This document shows positions 18,606 through 27,733 of a stretch of 64,000 bases of DNA, piece after piece. Where the stretch lies: the NCBI GenBank assembly GCA_963815215.1, contig CAWFFU010000009.1, positions 1 to 64,000 on the forward strand, written 5' to 3'. The stretch's first letter is position 1. Every line of letters starts with the position of its first letter. Under the pieces are notes generated by a model. The model saw only the letters and a list, made by a program, of their open reading frames with translations. It was not told the DNA's origin and did not search any database. The position numbers and the translations under genes were made by a program. Origin of the DNA: an uncultured Trueperaceae bacterium. Its GTDB lineage: Bacteria > Deinococcota > Deinococci > Deinococcales > Trueperaceae.

Positions 18606-19686
18606 CGCAACGACCGACGAGGCGCTGTTCCTGCGTGCCGCACGTGGCGAGGACACCCCGCGCGCGCCGATCTGGATCATGCGCCAGGCGGGCCGCTACC
18701 TGCCGGAGTACCGCGCCCTCAAGGAACGCCACAGCTTCTGGGAGATGGTGCGCACGCCCGAGCTGGCCGTCGAGGTCACCCTGCAGCCCGTGCGGCGCTT
18801 CGATCTGGACGCCGCCATCCTGTTCAGCGACATCATGACGCCGCTTCCGCCGATGGGGGTGGACCTCGACTTCGACCCCGGGCCGGTCTTCGCCGAGCCC
18901 GTGCGAACGCGCGCACAGATCGACGCGCTCGCCGTGCCGGACGGGGGAGAGCTGGCGCCGTTCGTGGCCGACGCGCTGCGGCTGCTGCGCGCGGCCTCGC
19001 CCGTGCCCGTGATCGGTTTCGGAGGCGCGCCTCTGACGCTGGCGGCCTACGCCGTGCAGGGCGGGGGCAGCAAGGACTTCGCCGCCTTCCGCGGCTTCCT
19101 GCGCGCCGAGCGCGCCGCCGCCCACGCGCTGCTCGACAAGCTCGCCGAGGTGACGCTGCGCTACCTGCGCATGCAGATCGACGCCGGCGCTCAGGCGCTG
19201 CAGCTCTTCGACTCGTGGGCGGGGCTGCTGGACGAGCGCAGCTACCGCGAGTTCGGCCAGCCCTACGCGCAGCGCGTGCTGGAGGGGCTCGCCGACGCGG
19301 GCGTGCCGCGCATCTACCTGGCTGTGGACGCCGGCCATCTGTACCCGGCGATCGACGAGCTGGCCGCCGACGTCGTCAGCGTCGACTGGCGCCGGCCTCT
19401 CTCCGCCGTGCGCCGCGCGCTGCCGGGCAAGACGCTGCAGGGGAACCTCGACCCCGCGGCCCTGCTGGGCCCGGCCGAGGCCCTGGCGCCGGAGGCCGAA
19501 CGGGTGCTGCACGAGGGTCTGGGCGGGCCCCACGTCTTCAACCTCGGCCACGGCATCCTGCGGCAGACCGACCCCGATGCGGTGGCGCGGCTGATCGACG
19601 TGGTGCACGGCTTCGACCGGCGCGCCGCGGCCTGGAGCGACGCCGTGCCCCGGCGGCCGTCCGCGGCCGGCAGAGGGCGCGCGTGA
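18598..19686 (+). CDS. hemE: Uroporphyrinogen decarboxylase
   Basis: PIWIMRQAGRYLPEY, AILFSDI, QLFDSWAG, QGNLDP, FNLGHG. Confidence 0.97.
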   Translation: MPDATTDEALFLRAARGEDTPRAPIWIMRQAGRYLPEYRALKERHSFWEMVRTPELAVEVTLQPVRRFDLDAAILFSDIMTPLPPMGVDLDFDPGPVFAEPVRTRAQIDALAVPDGGELAPFVADALRLLRAASPVPVIGFGGAPLTLAAYAVQGGGSKDFAAFRGFLRAERAAAHALLDKLAEVTLRYLRMQIDAGAQALQLFDSWAGLLDERSYREFGQPYAQRVLEGLADAGVPRIYLAVDAGHLYPAIDELAADVVSVDWRRPLSAVRRALPGKTLQGNLDPAALLGPAEALAPEAERVLHEGLGGPHVFNLGHGILRQTDPDAVARLIDVVHGFDRRAAAWSDAVPRRPSAAGRGRA

Positions 19687-20633
19687 GCCGGCGCGAGCGC
19701 GTCGTCGAGGTCATGCGCTCCGGGCAGGCCACGCTGATCGACGGCTTCGAGGCGATCGACGGGCAGGGCCGCTTCCGGGAGCATGCCTGGGACCGTCCCG
19801 GCGGGGGAGGCGGCAGCGCCCGGGTGCTCGAGGGCGGCCGCGTCTTCGAGCGTGCCGGCGTCAACCTCTCCGTGGTGCACGGAGACGCCGTCCCGGACAG
19901 CCTGGCGCGGCAGCATCCCGCCGCCGCCGGCAAGCCCTTCTTCGCCACCGGGGTATCGATGGTGCTGCATCCGGCCAATCCCTACGTGCCGGCCTTCCAC
20001 GCCAACTTCCGCTACTTCGAGACCGGCGCCGAAGGCGACCCCGACGCGATCTGGTGGTTCGGCGGCGGCGCCGACATGACGCCCAGCTATCCCTTCGCCG
20101 AGGACGCGGTGCACTTCCACCGCCGCCTCGAGGCCCTGTGCGCGCGCCACCCGGGCGTCGCCGACTACCCGCGCTGGAAGGCCCGTTGCGACGACTACTT
20201 CACCGTCCGGCATCGCGCCGAGATGCGCGGCGTGGGCGGCATCTTCTTCGATGAGATCGGCGCCCCCGAGGGAGGCGACTTCGCTTCTGAGCTGGCGTTC
20301 GTTGCCGACGGCCTCGGATCGCTGCTGGAGAGCTACCTGCCGGTGGTCGAACGGCGCATGGACCTGCCCTTCGGCGAGCGCGAACGCGACTGGCAGCTCT
20401 ACCGGCGCGGGCGCTACGTCGAGTTCAACCTGGTCTACGACCGGGGAACGCTGTTCGGGCTGCAGACGCAGGGCAACATCGAGGCGATCCTGATGTCGAT
20501 GCCGCCGCTGGCGCGCTGGACGTTCGACCTGCGCCCCGAGCCCGGCAGCCCCGAGGCTGCGGCGCTGCCGTTCTTCCAACCGCGCGACTGGGCGGGCGCG
20601 GAAGCGCGGGCGCTCGAGGGCGGCACGCCGTGA
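19683..20633 (+). CDS. hemF: Oxygen-dependent coproporphyrinogen III oxidase
   Basis: FERAGVN, HPANPYVPAFHANFRYF, WWFGGGADMTP, RGVGGIFFD, RRGRYVEFNLVYDRGT. Confidence 0.96.
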   Translation: MSRRERVVEVMRSGQATLIDGFEAIDGQGRFREHAWDRPGGGGGSARVLEGGRVFERAGVNLSVVHGDAVPDSLARQHPAAAGKPFFATGVSMVLHPANPYVPAFHANFRYFETGAEGDPDAIWWFGGGADMTPSYPFAEDAVHFHRRLEALCARHPGVADYPRWKARCDDYFTVRHRAEMRGVGGIFFDEIGAPEGGDFASELAFVADGLGSLLESYLPVVERRMDLPFGERERDWQLYRRGRYVEFNLVYDRGTLFGLQTQGNIEAILMSMPPLARWTFDLRPEPGSPEAAALPFFQPRDWAGAEARALEGGTP

Positions 20634-20717
20634 CCGGCGAACGATGCGTCGCGCTGCGCTCCGGCCGGGAGCGGTTCGGCGGCTGCCGCGCCCAACCCCT
20701 GAGAGGACGGTGACCGC

Positions 20718-21830
20718 ATGGGCAACGGACCCACGGGAATCGTGATGATGAACCTGGGAGGGCCGAAGGACCTCAGCGAGGTCCAGCCCTTCCTGCTCGA
20801 GCTCTTCGCCGACCGCGAGATCATCCAGCTGCCGCTGCAGGACTGGCTCGGCCCGTTCATCGCGCGCCGCCGCACCAAGAGCGTGCAGCGCAACTACACC
20901 GACATCGGCGGCGGCTCGCCCATCCTGAAGTGGACCGAGGAGCAGGGGAGGGGCATGGTCGAGCGGCTCGACCGGCTGTCGCCCGACACCGCTCCGCACA
21001 AGTTCTACGTGGCGTTCCGCTACGTCCACCCCAAGAGCGAGGACGCGCTGAAGGCCATGAAGGCCGACGGCGTGAAGCGCGCCGTGGCGTTCACGCAGTA
21101 CCCGCAGTTCTCCTGCTCCACCACCGGCTCCTCGCTCAACGAGCTGTGGCGCGCCGCGAAGCGACTCGACCTGGCCGACGCCTTCGAGTGGAGCGTGCTC
21201 GACCGCTGGCCCACCCACCCGCGCTTCGTGGAAGCGATGGCGAAGACCGTCGAGGACGGCCTGGCGCAGTTCAGCCAGGACGACCGCGAGGACGCGCTGA
21301 TCGTGTTCAGCGCGCACTCGCTGCCGATGAGCGTGATCAACCGCGGCGACGCCTACCCCGGCGAGATCGGCGCCACCGTCCACGAGGTCATGGAGCGGCT
21401 CGACCACGGCTACGAGTACCTGATCAGCTACCAGAGCTCGGTCGGGCCGGTGCCCTGGCTGGGGCCGTCGACCGAGCAGGTGGTCAAGGACCTCGGCGCC
21501 AAGGGGCGCAAGAACGTGCTGGTGGTGGGCATCGCCTTCACCAGCGACCATATCGAGACGCTCCACGAGCTCGACATCGAGTACGGCGAGCTGGCCCACG
21601 AGGTGGGCGTCTCCAACTTCAAGCGCGCGCCGGCCCTGAACGGCCTGCCGCTCTTCCAGGACGCGCTCGCCGAGGTGGTGGCCGAGCACCTCGCCAGAGG
21701 CGAGGCCTGCACCCGCCAGTACGGGCTGCGTTGCCCCGGCTGCACCAACGAGCAGTGCCGCGCCATCCTCAATCCGGTGGCGAGCTACCGCCGCACGGCG
21801 CTCGGCGCCAACGGCGAGACGAAGCGCTGA
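20718..21830 (+). CDS. hemH: Ferrochelatase, animal/fungal-like, with [2Fe-2S] ligand motif
   Basis: NLGGP, GGGSP, QYPQFSCSTTGSS, FSAHSLP, WLGP, FTSDHIETL.ELDIEY, C-terminal CPGCTNEQC. Confidence 0.95.
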   Translation: MGNGPTGIVMMNLGGPKDLSEVQPFLLELFADREIIQLPLQDWLGPFIARRRTKSVQRNYTDIGGGSPILKWTEEQGRGMVERLDRLSPDTAPHKFYVAFRYVHPKSEDALKAMKADGVKRAVAFTQYPQFSCSTTGSSLNELWRAAKRLDLADAFEWSVLDRWPTHPRFVEAMAKTVEDGLAQFSQDDREDALIVFSAHSLPMSVINRGDAYPGEIGATVHEVMERLDHGYEYLISYQSSVGPVPWLGPSTEQVVKDLGAKGRKNVLVVGIAFTSDHIETLHELDIEYGELAHEVGVSNFKRAPALNGLPLFQDALAEVVAEHLARGEACTRQYGLRCPGCTNEQCRAILNPVASYRRTALGANGETKR

Positions 21831-21833
21831 GGC

Positions 21834-21859
21834 CGGGGCGGGCGACGGCGCCCGCCCCG
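21834..21859. terminator. Hairpin after hemH
   Basis: cggggcgggcg-acgg-cgcccgccccg. Confidence 0.55.
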
Positions 21860-21984
21860 TTGGGGGATGCGAGCGCGCGGCGCCCGTCCCGCCCGGCCCA
21901 CCGCCCGCGCGGTCCCGGCCCGGCCGCCCGTTCCCGCGAAGCGGCGCTCCGGCGCCCCCAGCGCTCCGGCGCCCTACGCCGGGC

Positions 21985-22516
21985 TCAGCCCTCCGGCGGC
22001 CGCCCGCTCTGGAACGGCAGCGGCTCGCCGGTCTCCAGGAGCGTCTTGAGACCGCTCAGGGTCTCGTACCAGCCGCCGCCGGCGCCGCTGTCCTCGGCCT
22101 GACCGGAAGCGACGGCCTCCCACATGGGTGCCCCCGCGAGGTCGTGCGTCACGGTGAGCCTGGTGACGCCGCCGCGCACTGGGTCGATCTCCCAGGTCAG
22201 GCGCGTCGCGGCCTCCGCGGCGAGCTCGGGGGTCATGGTCAATGCTCCAGGTCTGCACCAGGCGCCGCGGCGGGTCGACCTCGAGGACCTCGCCCTCCCC
22301 GATCACGTCGGGGATCTCCGGGAAGGCCTTCATGCCCTCGTTGGCGTGCGCGCGGAAGGCGCCTCCGGGACGCAGGTCGTACGCGACCAGCGGGGCGTAG
22401 CCGTAGCGCACGGTCCACTCCGGCCGCGTGATGGCGTCCCAGACCGCCTGCGGCGGGGCCTGGATGTAGATCCGGTACACGTGGACGGTACGGGGGGATC
22501 CTGCGTCAGCGCTCAT
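21985..22516 (-). CDS. SRPBCC/AHSA1-domain protein with a +1 frameshift near 22240
   Basis: VYRIYIQAPPQAVWDAIT...GEVLEVDPPRRLVQTWS, continuing in the next frame as TRLTWEI...LTVTHD...GW...LSGLKTLLETG. Confidence 0.8.
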
Positions 22517-22573
22517 CGTCATCGCTCCTCGTGGTTGTCGGTCGCGCGGCCGGCCGCGTGGCACGGGCGCCGT

Positions 22574-23356
22574 TCATCGGTTCGCCCGCGGCGCGGCGTA
22601 GCGCAGCGATCCGGGCGTGGTCAGCGCCTCGCCGGTCTCCAGGTAGGTCTTCAGGCCCGACAGGACCATCGGCCAGCCGCCGTAGAGCTGCGCGTCGGCG
22701 CCCTCGGGGAGCTCGTCGTGGGTGACGAGAAGGCGGCACGAGTCGCCGACGGGGTCGATCTGCCAGGTCACGCGCGAGACGCCCATGGAGCGGACCTCGT
22801 CGCTCCAGAGCGCGCGGAAGCTCTGGACCAGGCGCCGCGGCGGCTCCACCTCGAGGTTCTCGCCCTCCCACAGGAGGTCGGGCACCGCGCGCGACCGGGC
22901 CTCGTAGTGGGAGCCGACGGTCCAGTCGGTCACGATGCCGACGCCGAAGTGGAAGATGCGCCGCTTCTCGGGATCGGTGATCGCGTCCCACAACCGCTCG
23001 GGCGTCGCCTTGATGTAGATCTCGAACACGCGTTCCATCCTGCTGGCCTCCAGCTCGTGCTTGAGTCCGCTCAGCGCGGCGACCCAGGGCTCGGCGAACT
23101 TGCTCACCCAGCGGTCGTGGACGAGGCGGATGGGGACGGGGTTGAGGTGGTGCAGCTTCTCCCTTCCGGAACGGCGGGTGACGATCAGGCCGGCGTCTTC
23201 GAGGACGCGCAGGTGCTTCATGACCCCGAAGCGCGTCATGGTCACCTCGGCGACGAGCTCGCCGAGCGTGCGGCCGTCCCGCTCGAAGAGCCGGTCGAGG
23301 AGGAGCCGGCGGGTGGGGTCCGCGAGCGCCTTGAAGATGGGGTCGTCGTCCTCCAC
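22574..23356 (-). CDS. ArsR/SmtB HTH-SRPBCC fusion regulator
   Basis: FKALADPTRR...MTRFGVMKHLRVLEDAGL followed by an SRPBCC domain. Confidence 0.9.
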   Translation of the reverse strand: MEDDDPIFKALADPTRRLLLDRLFERDGRTLGELVAEVTMTRFGVMKHLRVLEDAGLIVTRRSGREKLHHLNPVPIRLVHDRWVSKFAEPWVAALSGLKHELEASRMERVFEIYIKATPERLWDAITDPEKRRIFHFGVGIVTDWTVGSHYEARSRAVPDLLWEGENLEVEPPRRLVQSFRALWSDEVRSMGVSRVTWQIDPVGDSCRLLVTHDELPEGADAQLYGGWPMVLSGLKTYLETGEALTTPGSLRYAAPRANR

Positions 23357-23363
23357 ACGGTGG

Positions 23364-23393
23364 ACTATAGGTGACTATCTGGTCACACGTCAA
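23364..23393 (-). promoter_or_regulatory. Promoter and operator of the ArsR-SRPBCC operon
   Basis: TTGACG-18 nt-TATAGT with the palindrome GTGAC-N6-GTCAC (23371-23386) in the spacer. Confidence 0.7.
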
Positions 23394-23496
23394 GCATCGA
23401 TCACCGCTCCGGCCTAGACCCGCTCGGCGCACGCCAAGCGCGGCCCGCCACGCTCCCGCCCGGCCCCCTAGCCTTCTCCCAGGAGAGGAGGTGGCC

Positions 23497-24226
23497 GTGG
23501 GCCGCAGCGTCATCGCACGTCCGGCAGGCGGCGGCCCGCGCCGCCGCCGGCACGCGCGCCGCACGCCCCATCACCGGGCGCCTCCTAACCGCGCGCCTCC
23601 TAACCGCCTGCCTAGCGGCCGCCCTCCTGGCCGCAGGGCCCGGCGCCAGCGCCCTCGGCGTGGTCCGCAGCATGCGCTGGCGCGCCCACCCGTACCGGGT
23701 CACGGCAGGGTCGGCAACGGCAGGGTCGGCAACCGCAGGGTCGGCAACCGCAGGGTCGGCAACCCTCCCCGTGGCGTTCCTCCAGCACGGCCCGCGCGAC
23801 TGCGGCCCGGCGGCGCTCGCCACCGTGCTCGCCTGGCGCGGCCGCCCGGCAGGGGAAGCGCCCATCCTCCGCATCGCACACCTGCGCGCCGACGGCGTCA
23901 GCCTCGCCGAGCTGGCGCGACTGGCGGCCGCCTTCGAGCTGCCGGGCGCCTGGTACGCCGTCCCTCGCCACAGCCTGGGCTCGCTGCCCGTGCCCTTCAT
24001 CGCCCACCTCGGCGGGCCGGGCGCCGGGCACTTCGTCGTGGTGCGCCGGCTGCTGCGGGGGTTCGTCCTGCTGGCCGATCCGGCACGCGGGCTGGTGCTC
24101 GAGCGCGAGGCCCGCTTCGCACGCTCCTGGACCGGCCGTGTGCTGCTCTTCGACGCTGCAGTCGCTGCTGCGGGCGCCGGCGCGGGCGCTCCCAGCACGC
24201 CGCCGGCCGCGCCGGGGGCGCCGTGA
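23497..24226 (+). CDS. Stand-alone exported C39-family cysteine peptidase; the 5' end apparently has a +1 frameshift
   Basis: Q..PRDCGPAALA (Cys), GVSLAELARLA, GHFVVV (His), LADPARG (Asp), F...WTG. In-frame upstream signal-like stretch RLLTACLAAALLAAGPGASA. Strong RBS aggagaggagg with a GTG at 23491/23497 in the adjacent frame. Confidence 0.8.
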
Positions 24227-25707
24227 GCGCGACCCTCGCCGGGCCGGCCGGCGCGCGCCGTGTGCCCGGATGCCGGTCCTGGAATTGTGCGTTGGCCAGC
24301 GGCACGCTGCTGGTGATCGCCGGTCGCCCCTGGGGCCTGGGCTGGCTGGCGTTGGCGGCGTTCGTGCCGCTGCTCGCCGCGCTGCGCTCGGAGACGAGCG
24401 GTGTGCGTGCCGGGCTCCTCGTCGCCGTCACGGCGTCCGGCGCCGCCTTCGTCGTGGTCGAGGCGCTCGGCCCGCTGGCGCCGGCGCTGGCGCCGCCTCT
24501 GGCCGCGGTCTCCACCCTCCCGTTCGCGGCCGCGGGCGCGCTGGCGCCGCGCCTGCGCCGGGCGCTGGGGGCCCGCGCCCTGCTGGCCGCCTTCCCGCTG
24601 TTGTGGCTGGCGGCCGAGGCGCTCCCCGGCCAGGGCTGGCTGCTGGGTCGCTTCGCCGCTCCGCTCTTCGTCGTCGGGTACAGCCAGGCCGGCCTTCCCA
24701 CCATGCAGCTCGCGCGCCTCGGCGGCGTCGCCGCGGTGAGCCTGGCGGTGCTCGCCTGCAACGCGTTGCTGGCGCTGGCGCTGGTGGAGCGCGCCGGCTG
24801 GGCGCTGGCGGGCCTGGCGGCACTAGGGGCCGCCGTCTCGGTGACGGCGCTGACCGCGCCCCCGCCGCCCGGCGTGCGCTCGCCCACGGTTCCGGTCACC
24901 GGCACCGCCGCCGTCCGGGTGGTGCAGCGGGCCTTGCCCGACGCCGCGTACGCAGCGGCCGCGGCCTTCCCGGCCGTGCGTGCGGCCCTGGTGCGCGGCT
25001 TCGTGGCAGGCGCCCGCGCCGTCCCGCTGCCCGGCGGGCCCGGCCTGACGATCGCTCCCGAGGGGGCGTTGCCCGGCCCGCTGCCCGACGTGGGGCGCAG
25101 CGGGCTCGAGCCGTGGCTCGAGGGCCTCGGTCCGGCCCTGCTCGGAGGCCCCGCGCGCGTCCCCGGCGGGGTCGCCAACGCCGCCTTCGCCTGGCGTCGC
25201 GGCTCGCTGGAGCGCGTGTACGCCAAGCGCCGCCTGGCCCCCGTCGCCGAAGCCGATCTCGTCCCCGGCCGGGGCTCGACCGTGGTGACCATCGGCGGGG
25301 TGCGTGTGGCCCCGCTCATCTGCTTCGAGGCCGCCTTCCCCGGGCTGGCGCGCCAGGCGGCCAACGAGGGCGCGCAACTGCTGGCGGTCCTCACCAACGA
25401 CGCCTTCGGCCGCTACCTGGGGACCCCCTGGCAGCACCTCCGCCTGGCCCGGTTCCGCGCGGTGGAGACCGGCCTGCCGCTGGCCTTCGCCTCGAACGCC
25501 GGTCCCAGCGCCGTCATCGACAGCGCCGGGCGCGTCCTCGCCCGGACGGGGATCGGTCGACGCGGCGCAGCACTGGCCACGCCGAGGCTCGACGCCCGGC
25601 CGACCCCCTTCCTGAGGTGGGGGGACTGGCCCGGCACGTTCGCGCTGGTGGGAAGCGTCCTGCTGGCGCTCGTGGCGGGGGCGAAGGGAGGTCCCCCCAG
25701 GTCTTGA
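24223..25707 (+). CDS. Apolipoprotein N-acyltransferase (Lnt)-like membrane nitrilase-fold enzyme
   Basis: Multiple TMs; APEGA (Glu), YAKRRLAP..E (Lys), PLICFE (Cys), LTNDAF, ARFRAVETG, SNAGPSAVID; GTGA overlap with the peptidase stop. Confidence 0.88.
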   Translation: MSATLAGPAGARRVPGCRSWNCALASGTLLVIAGRPWGLGWLALAAFVPLLAALRSETSGVRAGLLVAVTASGAAFVVVEALGPLAPALAPPLAAVSTLPFAAAGALAPRLRRALGARALLAAFPLLWLAAEALPGQGWLLGRFAAPLFVVGYSQAGLPTMQLARLGGVAAVSLAVLACNALLALALVERAGWALAGLAALGAAVSVTALTAPPPPGVRSPTVPVTGTAAVRVVQRALPDAAYAAAAAFPAVRAALVRGFVAGARAVPLPGGPGLTIAPEGALPGPLPDVGRSGLEPWLEGLGPALLGGPARVPGGVANAAFAWRRGSLERVYAKRRLAPVAEADLVPGRGSTVVTIGGVRVAPLICFEAAFPGLARQAANEGAQLLAVLTNDAFGRYLGTPWQHLRLARFRAVETGLPLAFASNAGPSAVIDSAGRVLARTGIGRRGAALATPRLDARPTPFLRWGDWPGTFALVGSVLLALVAGAKGGPPRS

Positions 25708-25747
25708 TGTCGTTGCGGCCCTCGCCCCCTGTCCCTTGGGAGGAAGC

Positions 25748-26579
25748 ATGTTCCGACACCGGTTCCGACGAGCCCCCACGCCCGGAAGCCATGATCGCCG
25801 CTCCACCCGGCGCGGTCCCCGCGCCCTGCTCGCGGCGACACTCGCCGCCACGTTCCTCGTCCCAGCCCTGCTCGCGACCGTCGGCCTGGCCGCCGTCGCA
25901 CCCTCGGCCGCCGCACCCTCGGCCGCCGCGCCACCGACCACGAGCGCCGATCTCGTTAAGCCCGACCTCGCTGGCAACGACCTCGCTGGCAACGACCTCG
26001 GCTGGCAACGACCTGGCTGGCAACGATCTCGTCGCCCTCGGCATCGCCGGCCGCCGCGTCGAGCCCGACGACCTGGCGCGCATCGGCGGAGGCTTCTGCA
26101 CCACCTGCTCGGACGGCGGTGGTGGGGGCGGGGGCGGCGGCGGCACGGGCACCAGCGGCTCGCCGACCACCACGGGTAGCCCCTACTGGGAGACCTACCG
26201 TGTGTCGCTCACCTCCAGCTCGACCACCCCGTCGTCGCTGGTCAACAAGATCAACAACTACTCGGGCCTCACCATCAACGGCACCTTCCAGTACACGCGC
26301 AAGGTCGTGCGCGACGTGCAGTTCTCCGGCGGCTACGCCAACCTGGTGCGGGCCTCCATCGGCGGGGAGGTGAGCCGGTCCACGCAGACCTCCGTGACCT
26401 ACCCCATCGCGCCCCACACCTACGGGAAGCTCTACGTCAGGTACCGGACCGAGCGACGGACCTATTACGGGCACGAGTACCAGGACTTCTCCGATGGCAC
26501 CCGAACGATCGTGGGCAGTGAGTCGGGCCCGTTCCTCAGCACCTCGACCATCCTCGGATACGTGACGGGCGCACTCTAG
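25748..26579 (+). CDS. Exported double-glycine-leader precursor with CxxC, Gly linker and aerolysin-like beta domain; +1 frameshift at 26000-26001
   Basis: RBS ggagg; hydrophobic signal; (DLAGN)n; VEPDDLARIGG-G; FCTTC; poly-Gly; Ser/Thr-rich alternating beta pattern ending SVTYPIAPHTYGKLYVRY. Confidence 0.7.
25964..26024 (+). repeat. 15-nt tandem repeat x4 with one 16-nt unit
   Basis: gacctcgctggcaac x2, gacctcGgctggcaac, gacctggctggcaac. Confidence 0.9.
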
Positions 26580-26650
26580 CGGCCCGCGTGAAGCTGTGCC
26601 GGGGGCGCGCGGCGTCCCCGGCACAACGCCGGAACGCACAGGAGGGATCC

Positions 26651-27733
26651 ATGCTCCGACCGAACGCCACCGCGGGCCCGCCCATGCCGGGCGTCCTCGC
26701 GAACGACATGCGGGCGTTGGCCTCGGCGACCGAGCCGGCCGCGGCTGCGCCGCTGCCGAACGGCGGCGCGCTCACTGCGTTCAGGCTCACCGCAGTCAGG
26801 CTCACCGCGTTCGCGCTCACCGCGTTCGCGCTCACCGCCGGCCCGACAACGGCGCTGGCCGCCCCCGGCCTGACGCTCGCCCCGGGCATCGCCTTCGCCT
26901 GGACCGCTCCAGGCACCGAGGGTCTGCTGACGTTCCGGTTCGAGCGCGGTCCGTCGCCCAACGAGCCGATCACCGGCGTCGCCCTCACGGCCCGGCATCT
27001 CACCGTCACCGGCTACCGGTTGGGGCCCGACGACGACCGCCTCAGCCTGCGGGTCCGCGCCGACGCGCCCGGCATCATCGAGGTGCCCTCGCTGCTGGTG
27101 CACACACGCTTCGCGCCGCCGCAACGGCTCCGTGCCGGAGCCGCCGAGGTCGTCGCGCTGACGCAGCAAGGGGGTCCGCTGCGCCTCGTGCGCTGGACGA
27201 GCGACGACGAGCTGGGTCTGTATGCGGCCTTCGCCCTCGTCAACGACTCGGCCCTCCCCGTCACCGTGCGTCGCTTGCGCTATGCGCCCGAGCCGCTCGA
27301 CCGCGGCCTGGCGCTGGTGGCGACGGGCCCGCCGACCGCCTTCACCGCGTGGGAGGAGGACGTGCTGGCCCGCATGGCGCCCGCTTTCGCCGCCTTCCTC
27401 GAAGGGCACGGCCGCTCGCCCACCGTCGCGGCACGGCCGATCCCGCCCCCATCGCTGGCCTTCCCACTGCGAGGAGGCCTCGCCGACGCGTCCTGGCGGG
27501 CGCCCGATGCGCTCTCGGAACGGCTCGAGCCGGGAGCGGCCCTGTTCGTGGCGCTCACCCCCGCCGCCTTCAGGAGCTACGTACACGATCTGACCATCGT
27601 GGCGTCGCCGGTGGTCGGCTTCACGATGGGCGCGAACGCGGCCTGCTGCGAGCTCCAGGGCGTGCCCGCCGCCATCCAGCACCCTCCCCGGTTGCCCCCT
27701 GCTTCCGCCCGGCCGCGGACCGCCGGCCGATGA
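26651..27733 (+). CDS. Hypothetical exported protein
   Basis: RBS ggagg; (LTAFA)n hydrophobic signal-like stretch ending ALA; ATGA overlap with the next gene. Confidence 0.6.
   Translation: MLRPNATAGPPMPGVLANDMRALASATEPAAAAPLPNGGALTAFRLTAVRLTAFALTAFALTAGPTTALAAPGLTLAPGIAFAWTAPGTEGLLTFRFERGPSPNEPITGVALTARHLTVTGYRLGPDDDRLSLRVRADAPGIIEVPSLLVHTRFAPPQRLRAGAAEVVALTQQGGPLRLVRWTSDDELGLYAAFALVNDSALPVTVRRLRYAPEPLDRGLALVATGPPTAFTAWEEDVLARMAPAFAAFLEGHGRSPTVAARPIPPPSLAFPLRGGLADASWRAPDALSERLEPGAALFVALTPAAFRSYVHDLTIVASPVVGFTMGANAACCELQGVPAAIQHPPRLPPASARPRTAGR

Noticed and set aside
23371..24222. 778-aa Lnt with a long Arg/Pro-rich N-terminus
   Set aside because: The extension overlaps the C39 peptidase frame; the GTG at 24223 coupled to the peptidase stop is more plausible.
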